DNA of 64,000 nucleotides from contig JBOHUH010000031.1 of assembly GCA_050733915.1 (NCBI GenBank), positions 84 to 64,083 on the forward strand. Reading direction: 5' to 3'. A program made the position numbers and the translations under genes. Shown in pieces: positions 55,690-64,000 of the stretch (position 1 is its first letter; each line of letters begins with the position of its first letter). Below the pieces are notes generated by a model. The model was given only the letters and a program-made list of their open reading frames with translations. It was not told the DNA's origin and made no database searches. This stretch comes from Candidatus Dormibacteria bacterium. GTDB taxonomy: Bacteria > Chloroflexota > Dormibacteria > Aeolococcales > Bog-877.

Positions 55690-55707
55690 ATCCCGGAGAT
55701 GCCAGCG

Positions 55708-56727
55708 ATGGACGCGTCGATCCGGGTGGCGGTCGCGGGTGCGACCGGGTACGCTGGTGATGGCTGCGTTCGGCTGCTGCTGGAGCATCCCGGAGCCGAG
55801 CTGGTGGCGGTGGGGTCCCGGACGCAGGTCGGCCGACCGCACTCGGCGGTCTGCCCGGGATCGCCCTGCGAGCAGTTGCTGGTCGAGTCAATCGATGCAG
55901 CCGGGTGTGATGTAGTGATCAGCGCGGCCATGCCTGGGGAGGCCGGGCGCGAGGCCGGGCGCTGGCTGGCAGAGGGGGCGGTTGTGGTCGACGTCTCAGC
56001 CGATTTCCGGCTCAAGGCGGCGGCCGCCTTCGCCCGCTGGTATGGAGTTCCCCACCCCGCACCCGAGCTCCTCTCCCAGGCGGTCCTGGCCATGCCTGAG
56101 CTGCGTCCCGAAGCCATCCGAGAGGCTAGCCTCCTGGCCCTACCTGGATGTTTTTCCACAGCCGCCATCCTCGCCTGCGGCCCGGCCCTGGCGCGGGGGC
56201 TGATCGAGCCCGAGGTGGTGGTGGACGGCAAGACCGGGGTGAGCGGCGCGGGGCGGGCGGCCTCGGCCGACTACCTCTTCTCGGAGCTGAACGAGTCAGC
56301 CAAGGCCTACTCGGTGAGCGGGCACCGCCACCAGCCGGAGATGGAGCAAGCGCTCAGCGAGCTGGCGGGTGGCCCGGTGGCGGTGACCTTCGTGCCCCAC
56401 CTAGTGCCAATGACCAGGGGGATCCTGGTGACCTGCTACCTCCGTCCGCGAGCGGGGGTGAACCTGGCGCAGTTGCGGGCCACCTACCGCGAGCAGTACC
56501 GGGACCAGCCCTTCGTGCGGGTGGCGGACCTCCCGGTGCCCACCAAGCAGGCCTCGAACACCAACCTCTGCTGGCTCAGCCTGGAGCAGCAGGGCCGGCA
56601 CTTGGTGGTCTCGGCGGTTCTCGACAACCTGGGCCGAGGCGCCTCCGCCCAGGCCATCCAGGTGATCAACCTGCGCTTCGGCCTGGAAGCTCGCGCAGGT
56701 CTCGAGGGAAGCTCGCGGTGGCCCTGA
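55708..56727 (+). CDS. argC: N-acetyl-gamma-glutamyl-phosphate reductase
   Basis: The protein begins MDASIRVAVAGATGYAG, and the catalytic Cys block is LPGCFSTAAIL. ATG 55708 lies 9 nt after GGAG. The ORF-track start at 55519 is an upstream extension. Confidence 0.9.
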   Translation: MDASIRVAVAGATGYAGDGCVRLLLEHPGAELVAVGSRTQVGRPHSAVCPGSPCEQLLVESIDAAGCDVVISAAMPGEAGREAGRWLAEGAVVVDVSADFRLKAAAAFARWYGVPHPAPELLSQAVLAMPELRPEAIREASLLALPGCFSTAAILACGPALARGLIEPEVVVDGKTGVSGAGRAASADYLFSELNESAKAYSVSGHRHQPEMEQALSELAGGPVAVTFVPHLVPMTRGILVTCYLRPRAGVNLAQLRATYREQYRDQPFVRVADLPVPTKQASNTNLCWLSLEQQGRHLVVSAVLDNLGRGASAQAIQVINLRFGLEARAGLEGSSRWP

Positions 56728-57950
56728 CCGAGGGGGGAGCGCGCGCTCCAGGTTGGCCGGGGGTGACCGCACCGGCGGGGTTCCGGGCGGCGGTTGCCTG
56801 CGCCGACATCCGCGATGAAGGCTCGGGCCGGGCTGACGTCGCGCTCCTGGTCAGCGACTCGCTGGCGGCGGCCGCTGGCGTCTTCACCCAAAACCGGGTC
56901 AAGGCAGCCCCGGTGGTGGTGAGCCAACTGCACCTGAAGCGTGGCCGGGCCCGGGCGGTGGTGATCAACAGCGGCAACGCCAACGCCTGCACCGGCGCGC
57001 AGGGGCTGGCGGACGCTCTGCGGATGGTCCAGACCGCCTCCGACATCGCCGACTGCGCTCCCCAGGAGGTGCTGGTGGCCTCTACCGGGGTGATCGGGCG
57101 ACCCATGCCCAGTGAGCGGATCCGGGCCGCCATCCTGGAGGCGGGCAGCCGCCTCGGAGAGGCGGGGGGCCACCTGGCGGCGGAGGCAATCATGACCACC
57201 GATACCCGGTCCAAGGAGACGGCCAGCCAGTTCTCCGTCTCCGGGATTACCCACACCGTGGGAGGCATGGCCAAGGGGGCGGGGATGATCCACCCCGACA
57301 TGGCGACCCTGCTGGCCTTCGTCACCACCGACGCGCGGGTCGCCCCGGACCTGCTCTCGGAGCTCCTGGGCCAGGGCGTGGGTGCCAGCTTCAACACCAT
57401 CAGCATCGACGGCGATACCAGCACCAACGACTGCTGCCTGGCCCTGGCCAACGGCGCCGCCGGGGGCCCGGACCTGGTCCGGGGCAGCAACGAGGCGGCT
57501 CTCCTTGGCGCCGCCCTGGACGCGGTCCTGGCCGACCTGGCTGCTCAGGTCGTTCGGGATGGTGAGGGGGTGACTCGAACCTTCTCGGTCCAGGTAAGGG
57601 GGGCGGTGGACCAGCGCCAGGCGACCCTGGCGGCGCGCACGGTGAGCAGTTCGCCACTGGTCAAGACCGCCATCCACGGGGGCGACCCCAACTGGGGCCG
57701 CGTCCTGATGGCGGTCGGACGCAGCGGCGCCGATCTCGCCCTGGACCGCTGCCGGCTGCGCCTGGCGGGCCATGAACTGTTCGCCCTGGGCCGCCCCACC
57801 GCGGCCGCCCTGGAGGAGGTGTCGCGGTCGCTGCTCCAGCCCCATGTCGAGATCGAGATCGACCTGGGCCTGGGGGATGCCGAGGCCAGCGCCTTGGGCT
57901 GCGACCTGAGCCCGGAGTACGTGAGGATCAATGGTGACTATTCCACCTGA
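56718..57950 (+). CDS. argJ: bifunctional glutamate N-acetyltransferase / amino-acid acetyltransferase
   Basis: The blocks GFRAA...ADIR, INSGNANACTG and the autoprocessing site PDMATLLAFVTTDA are present. GTG 56718 follows GAGGGAAG and overlaps argC by 10 nt. Confidence 0.9.
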   Translation: MALTEGGARAPGWPGVTAPAGFRAAVACADIRDEGSGRADVALLVSDSLAAAAGVFTQNRVKAAPVVVSQLHLKRGRARAVVINSGNANACTGAQGLADALRMVQTASDIADCAPQEVLVASTGVIGRPMPSERIRAAILEAGSRLGEAGGHLAAEAIMTTDTRSKETASQFSVSGITHTVGGMAKGAGMIHPDMATLLAFVTTDARVAPDLLSELLGQGVGASFNTISIDGDTSTNDCCLALANGAAGGPDLVRGSNEAALLGAALDAVLADLAAQVVRDGEGVTRTFSVQVRGAVDQRQATLAARTVSSSPLVKTAIHGGDPNWGRVLMAVGRSGADLALDRCRLRLAGHELFALGRPTAAALEEVSRSLLQPHVEIEIDLGLGDAEASALGCDLSPEYVRINGDYST

Positions 57951-58836
57951 GTCAGAGGCGCCAGAAAGTGCTGGGGGGGCGCTCCGGCGTGCCGAGGTTC
58001 TGGTCGAGGCCCTGCCCTATATCCGCCGGTTCCAGGACCAGCTCCTGGTGGTCAAGCTGGGGGGCGCCGCGGTCGAGCCGGGGCCGGCCCGCGACACGGT
58101 GCTCCAGGACCTGGTCCTGCTCCGCTTCGTCGGGCTGCGCCCGGTGCTGGTCCACGGGGGCGGCAAGGAGATCACCGCCATGGCCGGTGCCCTAGGCCTC
58201 ACCACCCAGTTCGTGGACGGGCTGCGGGTCACCGACGAGAAGACCATGGAAGTGGCCAAGATGGTCCTCACCGGCAAGATCAACCCCGACCTGGTGGGGG
58301 CGATCCACCGTCTGGGAGGAAAGGCGATGGGCCTCTCCGGGGAGGACGGCCCCTGCATCCTGGTGCGCCGGCAACGCGGCTCGCAGGGCGAGGACCTGGG
58401 CCAGGTGGGGGAGATCCAGGAGGTCAACCCGGAGCCGGTACTCGCGCTCACCGACCGGGGGCTGATCCCGGTGGTGGCGTCGGTGGGGCTGGGCTACGAC
58501 GGGCTGTCCTACAACGTCAACGCCGACACGGTCGCGGCCAGCCTGGCCCAGGAGCTGGGGGCGGGCAAGCTGCTGCTGCTCACCGACGTCCCCGGGGTCC
58601 GGGACGGATCGGGGGCGTTCCAGAGTCGGCTCAGCGTGGAGGCGGCGGAGGCGCTCTGCCGGGAAGGGACCGCGTCGGAGGGCATGATCCCCAAGCTCCG
58701 GGCCGCCTGCGAGGCGGCCCGCCACGGGGTCACCGTGCACGTGGTCGACGGCCGCCAGCCCCACTCGATTCTGCTCGAGATCCTCACCGAAGCCGGGGTG
58801 GGGACCATGATCGAGCCCGCGACGGCCGATGGCTGA
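57931..58836 (+). CDS. argB: acetylglutamate kinase
   Basis: The blocks VVKLGGAA, VLVHGGG, YNVNADT and a C-terminal GTMI are present. Confidence 0.95.
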   Translation: MVTIPPESEAPESAGGALRRAEVLVEALPYIRRFQDQLLVVKLGGAAVEPGPARDTVLQDLVLLRFVGLRPVLVHGGGKEITAMAGALGLTTQFVDGLRVTDEKTMEVAKMVLTGKINPDLVGAIHRLGGKAMGLSGEDGPCILVRRQRGSQGEDLGQVGEIQEVNPEPVLALTDRGLIPVVASVGLGYDGLSYNVNADTVAASLAQELGAGKLLLLTDVPGVRDGSGAFQSRLSVEAAEALCREGTASEGMIPKLRAACEAARHGVTVHVVDGRQPHSILLEILTEAGVGTMIEPATADG

Positions 58837-60052
58837 GCCGACCATCCGCTCCACCCCCGAGCTAGCCGAGGAGGTGCTGGCTGCCACCTACAGCCGGGTC
58901 CCGCTCACCCTGGTCCGAGGTCGCGGCTGCGAGGTGGAGACGGACGATGGTCGCCGGCTTCTGGACTTGGTGGGGGGGATCGCGGTCAACGTCCTGGGCC
59001 ACTGCCACCCCGAGGTGGTCCGGGCCGCCTCCGGGCAGCTGGCGGAGCTGATCCACACCAGCAACCTCTACTTCACCGAGCCCCAGACCGAGTTGGCCTC
59101 ACGCCTGGTGCGCTCCGCCTTCCCGGCTCGGGTCTTCTTCGGCAACAGCGGCGCCGAGGCCAACGAGGCGGCAATTAAGGTGGCCCGCAAGTGGGGCCAG
59201 TCGCAGCGCTCGGGAGCGCATCACGTGCTCACCCTGGAGGGAGCCTTCCACGGGCGGACCCTGGCCACCCTGGCGGCCACCGGCAACCCCCACTACAGCC
59301 AGCCCTTCGCCCCCCTCCCCGAGGGGTTCCGGCAGGTCCCCCGAGGCGACCTGGCCGCGGTGGAGGCGGCTCTGGCCGATCGCCGGCGCCCGGTGGTGGC
59401 GGTCCTGGTCGAGCCCATCCAGGGCGAGAGCGGGGTGCACGACCTCGGCGACGAGTACCTGCGCAGCCTGCGTCGACTCTGCGATCTCCACCATGCCCTC
59501 CTCATCCTCGACGAGATCCAGTGCGGGCTGGGTCGCAGCGGCACCATGTGGACCTACCAGCAGGCGGGGATCGTGCCGGACCTGATGACCGTGGCCAAGG
59601 GGCTGGCTGGAGGTCTGCCGCTGGGCGCGGTCCTGATCGGGCCCAGGGCGGACGTTCTGGTCCCGGGCGATCACGGCAGCACCTTCGGAGGCAACCCGGT
59701 GGCCTGCGCCGCCGCGCTGGCGGTGCTTCAGGTCTTGGAGCGGGAGGGGCTGGCGGCCCGGGCCGAGGCGATGGGCGGCCGGCTCCGCTCCGGCCTGCTG
59801 GAGCTCCGGGAGGGGGACTTGCGGGTTTCGGAGGTGCGCGGCCGGGGCCTCCTGCTGGGGCTGGGTCTGAGCCGGCCGCTGGCTCAAGAGGTCGCCCGGC
59901 GGGCCCTGGGCGAGGGGGTTCTGGTCAACCCGATAGGCGACTCGACGATCCGGCTGGCTCCGCCCCTGATCATCACCGAGGCCGAGGTGGACCGCGCGGT
60001 CACGGCGCTGGCGCGTGCCCTGACCATGGCGGCGGGGGAGGAGGCGCGGTGA
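58829..60052 (+). CDS. argD: acetylornithine aminotransferase
   Basis: This class III PLP aminotransferase carries FFGNSGAEANEAAIK, LILDEIQCGLGRSG and TVAKGLAGGLP (the Lys for PLP). Confidence 0.95.
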   Translation: MAEPTIRSTPELAEEVLAATYSRVPLTLVRGRGCEVETDDGRRLLDLVGGIAVNVLGHCHPEVVRAASGQLAELIHTSNLYFTEPQTELASRLVRSAFPARVFFGNSGAEANEAAIKVARKWGQSQRSGAHHVLTLEGAFHGRTLATLAATGNPHYSQPFAPLPEGFRQVPRGDLAAVEAALADRRRPVVAVLVEPIQGESGVHDLGDEYLRSLRRLCDLHHALLILDEIQCGLGRSGTMWTYQQAGIVPDLMTVAKGLAGGLPLGAVLIGPRADVLVPGDHGSTFGGNPVACAAALAVLQVLEREGLAARAEAMGGRLRSGLLELREGDLRVSEVRGRGLLLGLGLSRPLAQEVARRALGEGVLVNPIGDSTIRLAPPLIITEAEVDRAVTALARALTMAAGEEAR

Positions 60053-60525
60053 GCGCCCAGGTGCCCCGGGTGTCACGGCAGTCGGCGATTCTGGAGGTGC
60101 TCCGCAGCCAGTCGGTCCAGACTCAGGCGCAGCTGGCCGCGGAGCTGCGCCGGCGTCGGATCACGGCCACCCAGGCCACCATCAGCCGGGACCTGCACCA
60201 GCTCCGAGTGGCCCGGGTGCCGTCCGCCGGGGGCAGCCGCTACCTGGCACCCTCCGACGGCAGCGACGCCGAGGCCCGGCTGGCGGCGGTGCTGGCATCC
60301 CAGCTCACAGATCTAGAGCGGGTCGGGCAGTTCGTGGTGCTGCGAACCATGGCCGGGGGTGCGCCGGTGGTGGCGGGGGCGGTGGACGGCCTTAGCCTGA
60401 GCCAGGTGGCGGGCAGCGTGGCCGGGGACGACACCGTCTTCGTGCTCGCGCGCTCGGGGGCGGCGGCCAAGCTGGTGGAGCTGCGCCTGCGCCAGGCGTG
60501 GGAGCGAGGGTCGAGATGGACCTGA
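60049..60525 (+). CDS. argR: arginine repressor
   Basis: The 158-aa protein has an N-terminal winged helix (RQSAILEVLRSQSVQTQAQLAAELRRRRITATQATISRDLHQL) and a C-terminal block (GSVAGDDTVFVL). The GTG start forms a GTGA overlap with the argD stop. Confidence 0.85.
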   Translation: MSAQVPRVSRQSAILEVLRSQSVQTQAQLAAELRRRRITATQATISRDLHQLRVARVPSAGGSRYLAPSDGSDAEARLAAVLASQLTDLERVGQFVVLRTMAGGAPVVAGAVDGLSLSQVAGSVAGDDTVFVLARSGAAAKLVELRLRQAWERGSRWT

Positions 60526-60565
60526 GCCTGGAACCCGGGCCGGGACTCTCCCGCTGCCCGAGGCT

Positions 60566-61870
60566 GTGACCGCCGCGACTCGGCCCCGCTGCGTGCTGGC
60601 CTTCTCGGGAGGCCTGGACACCACCGTCGCGGTCCACTGGCTCACCCACAGCCGGGGGTTCGAGGTGGTCACGCTCTCCGCCGACCTGGGTGAGACCACG
60701 GAGCCGGAGGTGCTGCAGCGCCGGGCCCTGGGAGCGGGGGCCAGCCAGGCTCACGTGGTCGACGCCAAGGAGCTCTTCGTCAGCGGCTTCGTCTGGCCCA
60801 CCCTCCAGGCCGGAGCCCTCTACCAGGGGGTCTACCCGCTGGCCACCGCACTGGGCCGACCCCTGATCGCCCGACTGCTGGTGGAGGTGGCCGCCGAGGT
60901 GGGCGCCTCGGCGGTGGCCCACGGCTGCACCGCCAAGGGCAACGACCAAGTCCGCTTCGACGTGGCGGTCGGTGCGCTGGCGCCCGGGCTGGAGGTGGTG
61001 GCGCCGTTGCGGGAGTGGCGGATGGGGCGCAGCGACGAGATCGCCTACGCCGAGGCCAATCGGCTCGAGGTCACCGCCACTCGGGAGAGTCCCTACAGCA
61101 TTGATGCCAACCTCTGGGGACGAAGCGTCGAGACCGGCCGACTCGAGGACCCCGCCACTGAGCCCCCCGCCGACGCCTTCGCCTGGACCGCCGATCCCAG
61201 TCAGGCGCCGGGGGAGGGGATCGAGCTGAGCGTGGGTTTCCAGCAGGGGATCCCCGAGACCCTGGACGGCGAGCAGCTCAGTCCGGCCCAGCTGGTGGCC
61301 CGGCTGAACCGGATCGCCGGCGCCCAGGGAGTGGGGCGGATCGATCACGTAGAAGACCGCCTGGTGGGGATCAAGTCCCGCGAGCTCTACGAGGCGCCGG
61401 CGGCGGTGGTTCTCACCACCGCGCACCGGGCCCTCGAGTCCCTCACCCTCTCCCGGGACGTGCAGCGCTTCAAGCGTCTGGTCGGCGACGAGTGGGCCCA
61501 GCTGACCTACGACGGCCTCTGGTACTCGGCGCTGCGGCAGAGTCTCGGGGCGTTCGTCGGCTCGACCCAGGCCTTCGTCACTGGGGAGGTCCGGCTGCGG
61601 CTGCGCCAGGGGGCGGTGACTCTGCTCGGGCGGAGCAGCCCCCAGTCCCTATACCGGCGCGACCTGGCCACCTACGAGATCGCCGGCGACAGTTTCCGGC
61701 ACCAGGCGGCGGAGGGCTTCCTCACCATCTTCGGCCTGCCTCTGCGCACCCAGGCGGCGGTCCAGGGCAGCCTCTTCGAGGAGTCGCGCCCGATCCTCCC
61801 CTCGGTGCCCCGGGGGATCGCCCAGGGCTCGCCGCCGGAAGCGGAGGCGGAGAGTGCCGCGCCGGACTGA
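60566..61870 (+). CDS. argG: argininosuccinate synthase
   Basis: The blocks VLAFSGGLDTTV, AHGCTAKGNDQVRF and GRIDHVEDRLVGIKSRE are present. A ~30-aa Pro/Glu-rich C-terminal tail is unusual. An alternative GTG start exists at 60593. Confidence 0.95.
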   Translation: MTAATRPRCVLAFSGGLDTTVAVHWLTHSRGFEVVTLSADLGETTEPEVLQRRALGAGASQAHVVDAKELFVSGFVWPTLQAGALYQGVYPLATALGRPLIARLLVEVAAEVGASAVAHGCTAKGNDQVRFDVAVGALAPGLEVVAPLREWRMGRSDEIAYAEANRLEVTATRESPYSIDANLWGRSVETGRLEDPATEPPADAFAWTADPSQAPGEGIELSVGFQQGIPETLDGEQLSPAQLVARLNRIAGAQGVGRIDHVEDRLVGIKSRELYEAPAAVVLTTAHRALESLTLSRDVQRFKRLVGDEWAQLTYDGLWYSALRQSLGAFVGSTQAFVTGEVRLRLRQGAVTLLGRSSPQSLYRRDLATYEIAGDSFRHQAAEGFLTIFGLPLRTQAAVQGSLFEESRPILPSVPRGIAQGSPPEAEAESAAPD

Positions 61871-63308
61871 GGGTGCTCCGGCGGCCGCGCCGGCCCACGC
61901 CTGGGAGGGACGGCTTCCTGGAGGGACCGATCCTCGGCTGGAGTCCTTCGCCGCATCGTTGCCGGGCGATTTGGAGATGTACCGCGAGGACCTGGCCGGC
62001 TCTCTGGCGCACGCGCGTGCCCTGGAGCGGGCGGGGCTGCTGGACCGGCGCTCACTGGCGGTGCTCGAGCGAGGGCTGAAGCGGGTGGGGCGGGAGCTGG
62101 ACCGGGGTGCCTTCCCGTTCGCCCCCACGGACGAGGACATCCACATGGCGGTGGAGCGTCGCCTCACCGAGCTGGTGGGCGAGCCCGCCCAGCGCCTCCA
62201 CACCGGGCGCAGCCGAAACGACCAAGTGGCCACCGACCTACGGCTCTGGTGCCGGGGCGCCACCTGCGAGCTGGTGACCCAGGCGGCCGCGCTGCAGCTG
62301 ACCCTGGTCCGGCGGGCGCGCCAGCACCGCGCCACCCTGCTCCCCGGGTACACGCACCTGCAGCGGGCCCAGCCGGTCTCGCTGGCACATCAGCTGCTGG
62401 CCTATTTCGAGATGCTGGACCGCGACCAGGAGCGGCTCCGCGACCTCGACCACCGCACCGACGCCTCGCCCCTGGGGGCCGGGGCGCTGGCTGGAAGCAC
62501 GCTGCGGGTGGACCGGCTCCGACCGGCCCAGGAGCTGGGCTTCACCAGGCTGAGCCGCAACAGCCTGGACGCGGTGTCCGACCGTGACTTCGCGGCCGAG
62601 CTGGTCTTCGCCACCGCCCTGATGGGGGTGCACCTCTCCCGGCTCGCCGAGGACCTGGTCATCTGGAACACCAAGGAATTCGGCTTCATCACCCTGCCCG
62701 ACTCCTGGGCCACCGGTTCCAGCCTGATGCCCCAGAAGAAGAACCCCGACGTCCTGGAGCTGGTCCGGGCCCGCAGCGGCCGTCCCCTGGGCGCCTTGAT
62801 GGGGATCCTCACCGTGCTCAAGGCGCTTCCGCTCAGCTACGACCGCGACCTCCAGGAGGACCGGGCCCACCTCTTCGCGGCGGTGGGCTCGGTGCGCCAG
62901 AGCCTCATCGTGGTGACCGCCCTGCTGGCTGAGCTCCAGTTCAACTCGGCCCGGATGCTGCTCGCCGCCGGGGATCCCCAGCTGCTGGCGACCGACCTCG
63001 CCGAGCTGCTGGTGGAGCGGGGAGTTCCCTTCCGGTTGGCGCACGAGATGGTGGGCCGCCTGGTCCGCGACGCGGAGTCCCGGGAGCTGGGGCTGGACCA
63101 GGTGGCCCGGGAGTCCTGGCAGCGGCTGGGGCTGGCGAGCCTGGCGGAGGCGGAGGCGCTCTTCGAGCCCGCCGGGTCGCTGCGGCGGCGAGAGCAGCTC
63201 GGTGCCCCCGGACCGCGACGGACCGCCGCCGCCATCGCCGCCGCGGGAGAGCGGGTCGCGGCGCACCGGCGTTGGGCCAAGGCTCTGCGGCGCCGGCTGC
63301 CGGCCTGA
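61854..63308 (+). CDS. argH: argininosuccinate lyase
   Basis: The fumarate-lyase signature GSSLMPQKKNPD and the TGRSRNDQVATD and YTHLQRAQP blocks are present. Confidence 0.95.
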   Translation: MPRRTEGAPAAAPAHAWEGRLPGGTDPRLESFAASLPGDLEMYREDLAGSLAHARALERAGLLDRRSLAVLERGLKRVGRELDRGAFPFAPTDEDIHMAVERRLTELVGEPAQRLHTGRSRNDQVATDLRLWCRGATCELVTQAAALQLTLVRRARQHRATLLPGYTHLQRAQPVSLAHQLLAYFEMLDRDQERLRDLDHRTDASPLGAGALAGSTLRVDRLRPAQELGFTRLSRNSLDAVSDRDFAAELVFATALMGVHLSRLAEDLVIWNTKEFGFITLPDSWATGSSLMPQKKNPDVLELVRARSGRPLGALMGILTVLKALPLSYDRDLQEDRAHLFAAVGSVRQSLIVVTALLAELQFNSARMLLAAGDPQLLATDLAELLVERGVPFRLAHEMVGRLVRDAESRELGLDQVARESWQRLGLASLAEAEALFEPAGSLRRREQLGAPGPRRTAAAIAAAGERVAAHRRWAKALRRRLPA

Positions 63309-63370
63309 GAACGTCGCTACTTGTTAGCATCGGAAGCAGGCTCGGCCGCGCGGCTCTGCTGGTTAGGAAG

Positions 63371-64000
63371 GTGTACCGCAAGCTCTATTTGCCGCTGGAT
63401 AACTCCGACCACTCGGTGGCCGCCTCCGAGGTGGCGATCCGGCTGGCCAAGTCCAGCGGCGCCGAGATCGTAGGCTGCCACGTCTACGCCGCCCGGCTCC
63501 ACGACTACCGCTTCAAGCAGATGGAGTACACCCTTCCCGAGGAGTACCAGGACGAGGCGGAGCTGGAGCGGCAGCGCAAGATCCACGACAGCCTGATCAC
63601 CAGCGGGCTGCAGCTGATCTCCGATTCCTACCTCGACACCACCCAAAAGCGCTGCCTCGAAGAGGGGATCGAGTTCACCCCCAAGACCTTCGACGGCAAG
63701 AACTGGGAGGTCTTGGTCAAGGACATAACCGAGTCCGACTACGACCTGGTTCTGATGGGGGCCTGCGGCCTGGGCCAGGTCAAGGAGACCCAGATCGGGA
63801 CCTGCGTCGACCGGGTGGTGCGGCGCGCCCACCGGGACACCCTGGTGGTCCGCCACCGGGAGGGCCGGGAGCCGCTGCAGGGTCCCATCGTGGTGGCCAT
63901 CGACGGCTCCCCGCAATCCTTTGCCGGACTGCGCACCGCCCTGGAACTGGGCCGAGCCTTGGAGCTGCCGGTGGAGGCGGTCTCGGTCTACGACCCTTAT
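63371..64000 (+). CDS. universal stress protein (tandem Usp domains), 3'-truncated by window end
   Basis: I translated this by hand from GTG 63371. The sequence reads VYRKLYLPLDNSDHSVAASEVAIRLAKSSGAEIVGCHV...VLMGACGLG...GTCVDRVVRRA...IVVAIDGSPQS, so a second Usp domain begins before the window ends. It is not in the ORF track because there is no stop in the window. Confidence 0.75.
   Translation, partial: MYRKLYLPLDNSDHSVAASEVAIRLAKSSGAEIVGCHVYAARLHDYRFKQMEYTLPEEYQDEAELERQRKIHDSLITSGLQLISDSYLDTTQKRCLEEGIEFTPKTFDGKNWEVLVKDITESDYDLVLMGACGLGQVKETQIGTCVDRVVRRAHRDTLVVRHREGREPLQGPIVVAIDGSPQSFAGLRTALELGRALELPVEAVSVYDPY

Overview
The window is a very GC-rich, densely packed bacterial chromosomal segment with about 70 genes, many joined by 4-nt start/stop overlaps. 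Gene content and leaderless-looking promoters suggest an Actinobacteria- or Chloroflexi-like lineage. This is an inference; no rRNA is present to confirm it.

Most of the window is housekeeping:
- leuS, queG, pepA, birA, one tRNA-Arg(CCG), and acnA
- a metal (Zn-type) ABC uptake operon with a Fur-family regulator
- a heme-copper oxidase cluster (coxB-ctaD-ctaA plus small membrane ORFs) whose subunit I carries the A2-type YSHPAVY signature
- a DUF503-lgt-helY operon
- a complete argCJBD-argR-argGH operon preceded by an ARG-box-like palindrome
- DNA-repair glycosylases (AlkA-like and a UDG family member)
- three EamA/DMT transporters and regulators of the PadR, Lrp, MarR and GntR families
- a GntR-ABC-ABC2 module and a GH15 hydrolase

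I saw no CRISPR array, transposase, integrase, rRNA or recognisable defence system.

The most unusual items are:
1. a 366-aa membrane protein built from four about 80-aa two-helix repeats with a reiterated FHF motif, downstream of the oxidase cluster
2. an orphan ParA-like ATPase translationally coupled to a 122-aa partner, with a divergent TPR/acidic-tail protein
3. a Ppx/GppA gene whose conserved N-terminal motif lies upstream of any canonical start codon and is joined by a CTGA overlap to a ligand-deficient Rieske-fold ORF
4. a 700-bp non-coding, lower-GC gap 3' of the tRNA
5. a lower-GC islet (39.4-42.0 kb) with gene fragments
6. a truncated GMC-oxidoreductase remnant abutting the arg promoter

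None of these can be shown from sequence alone to be a novel system. All family calls come from motif recognition by eye, not database searches.
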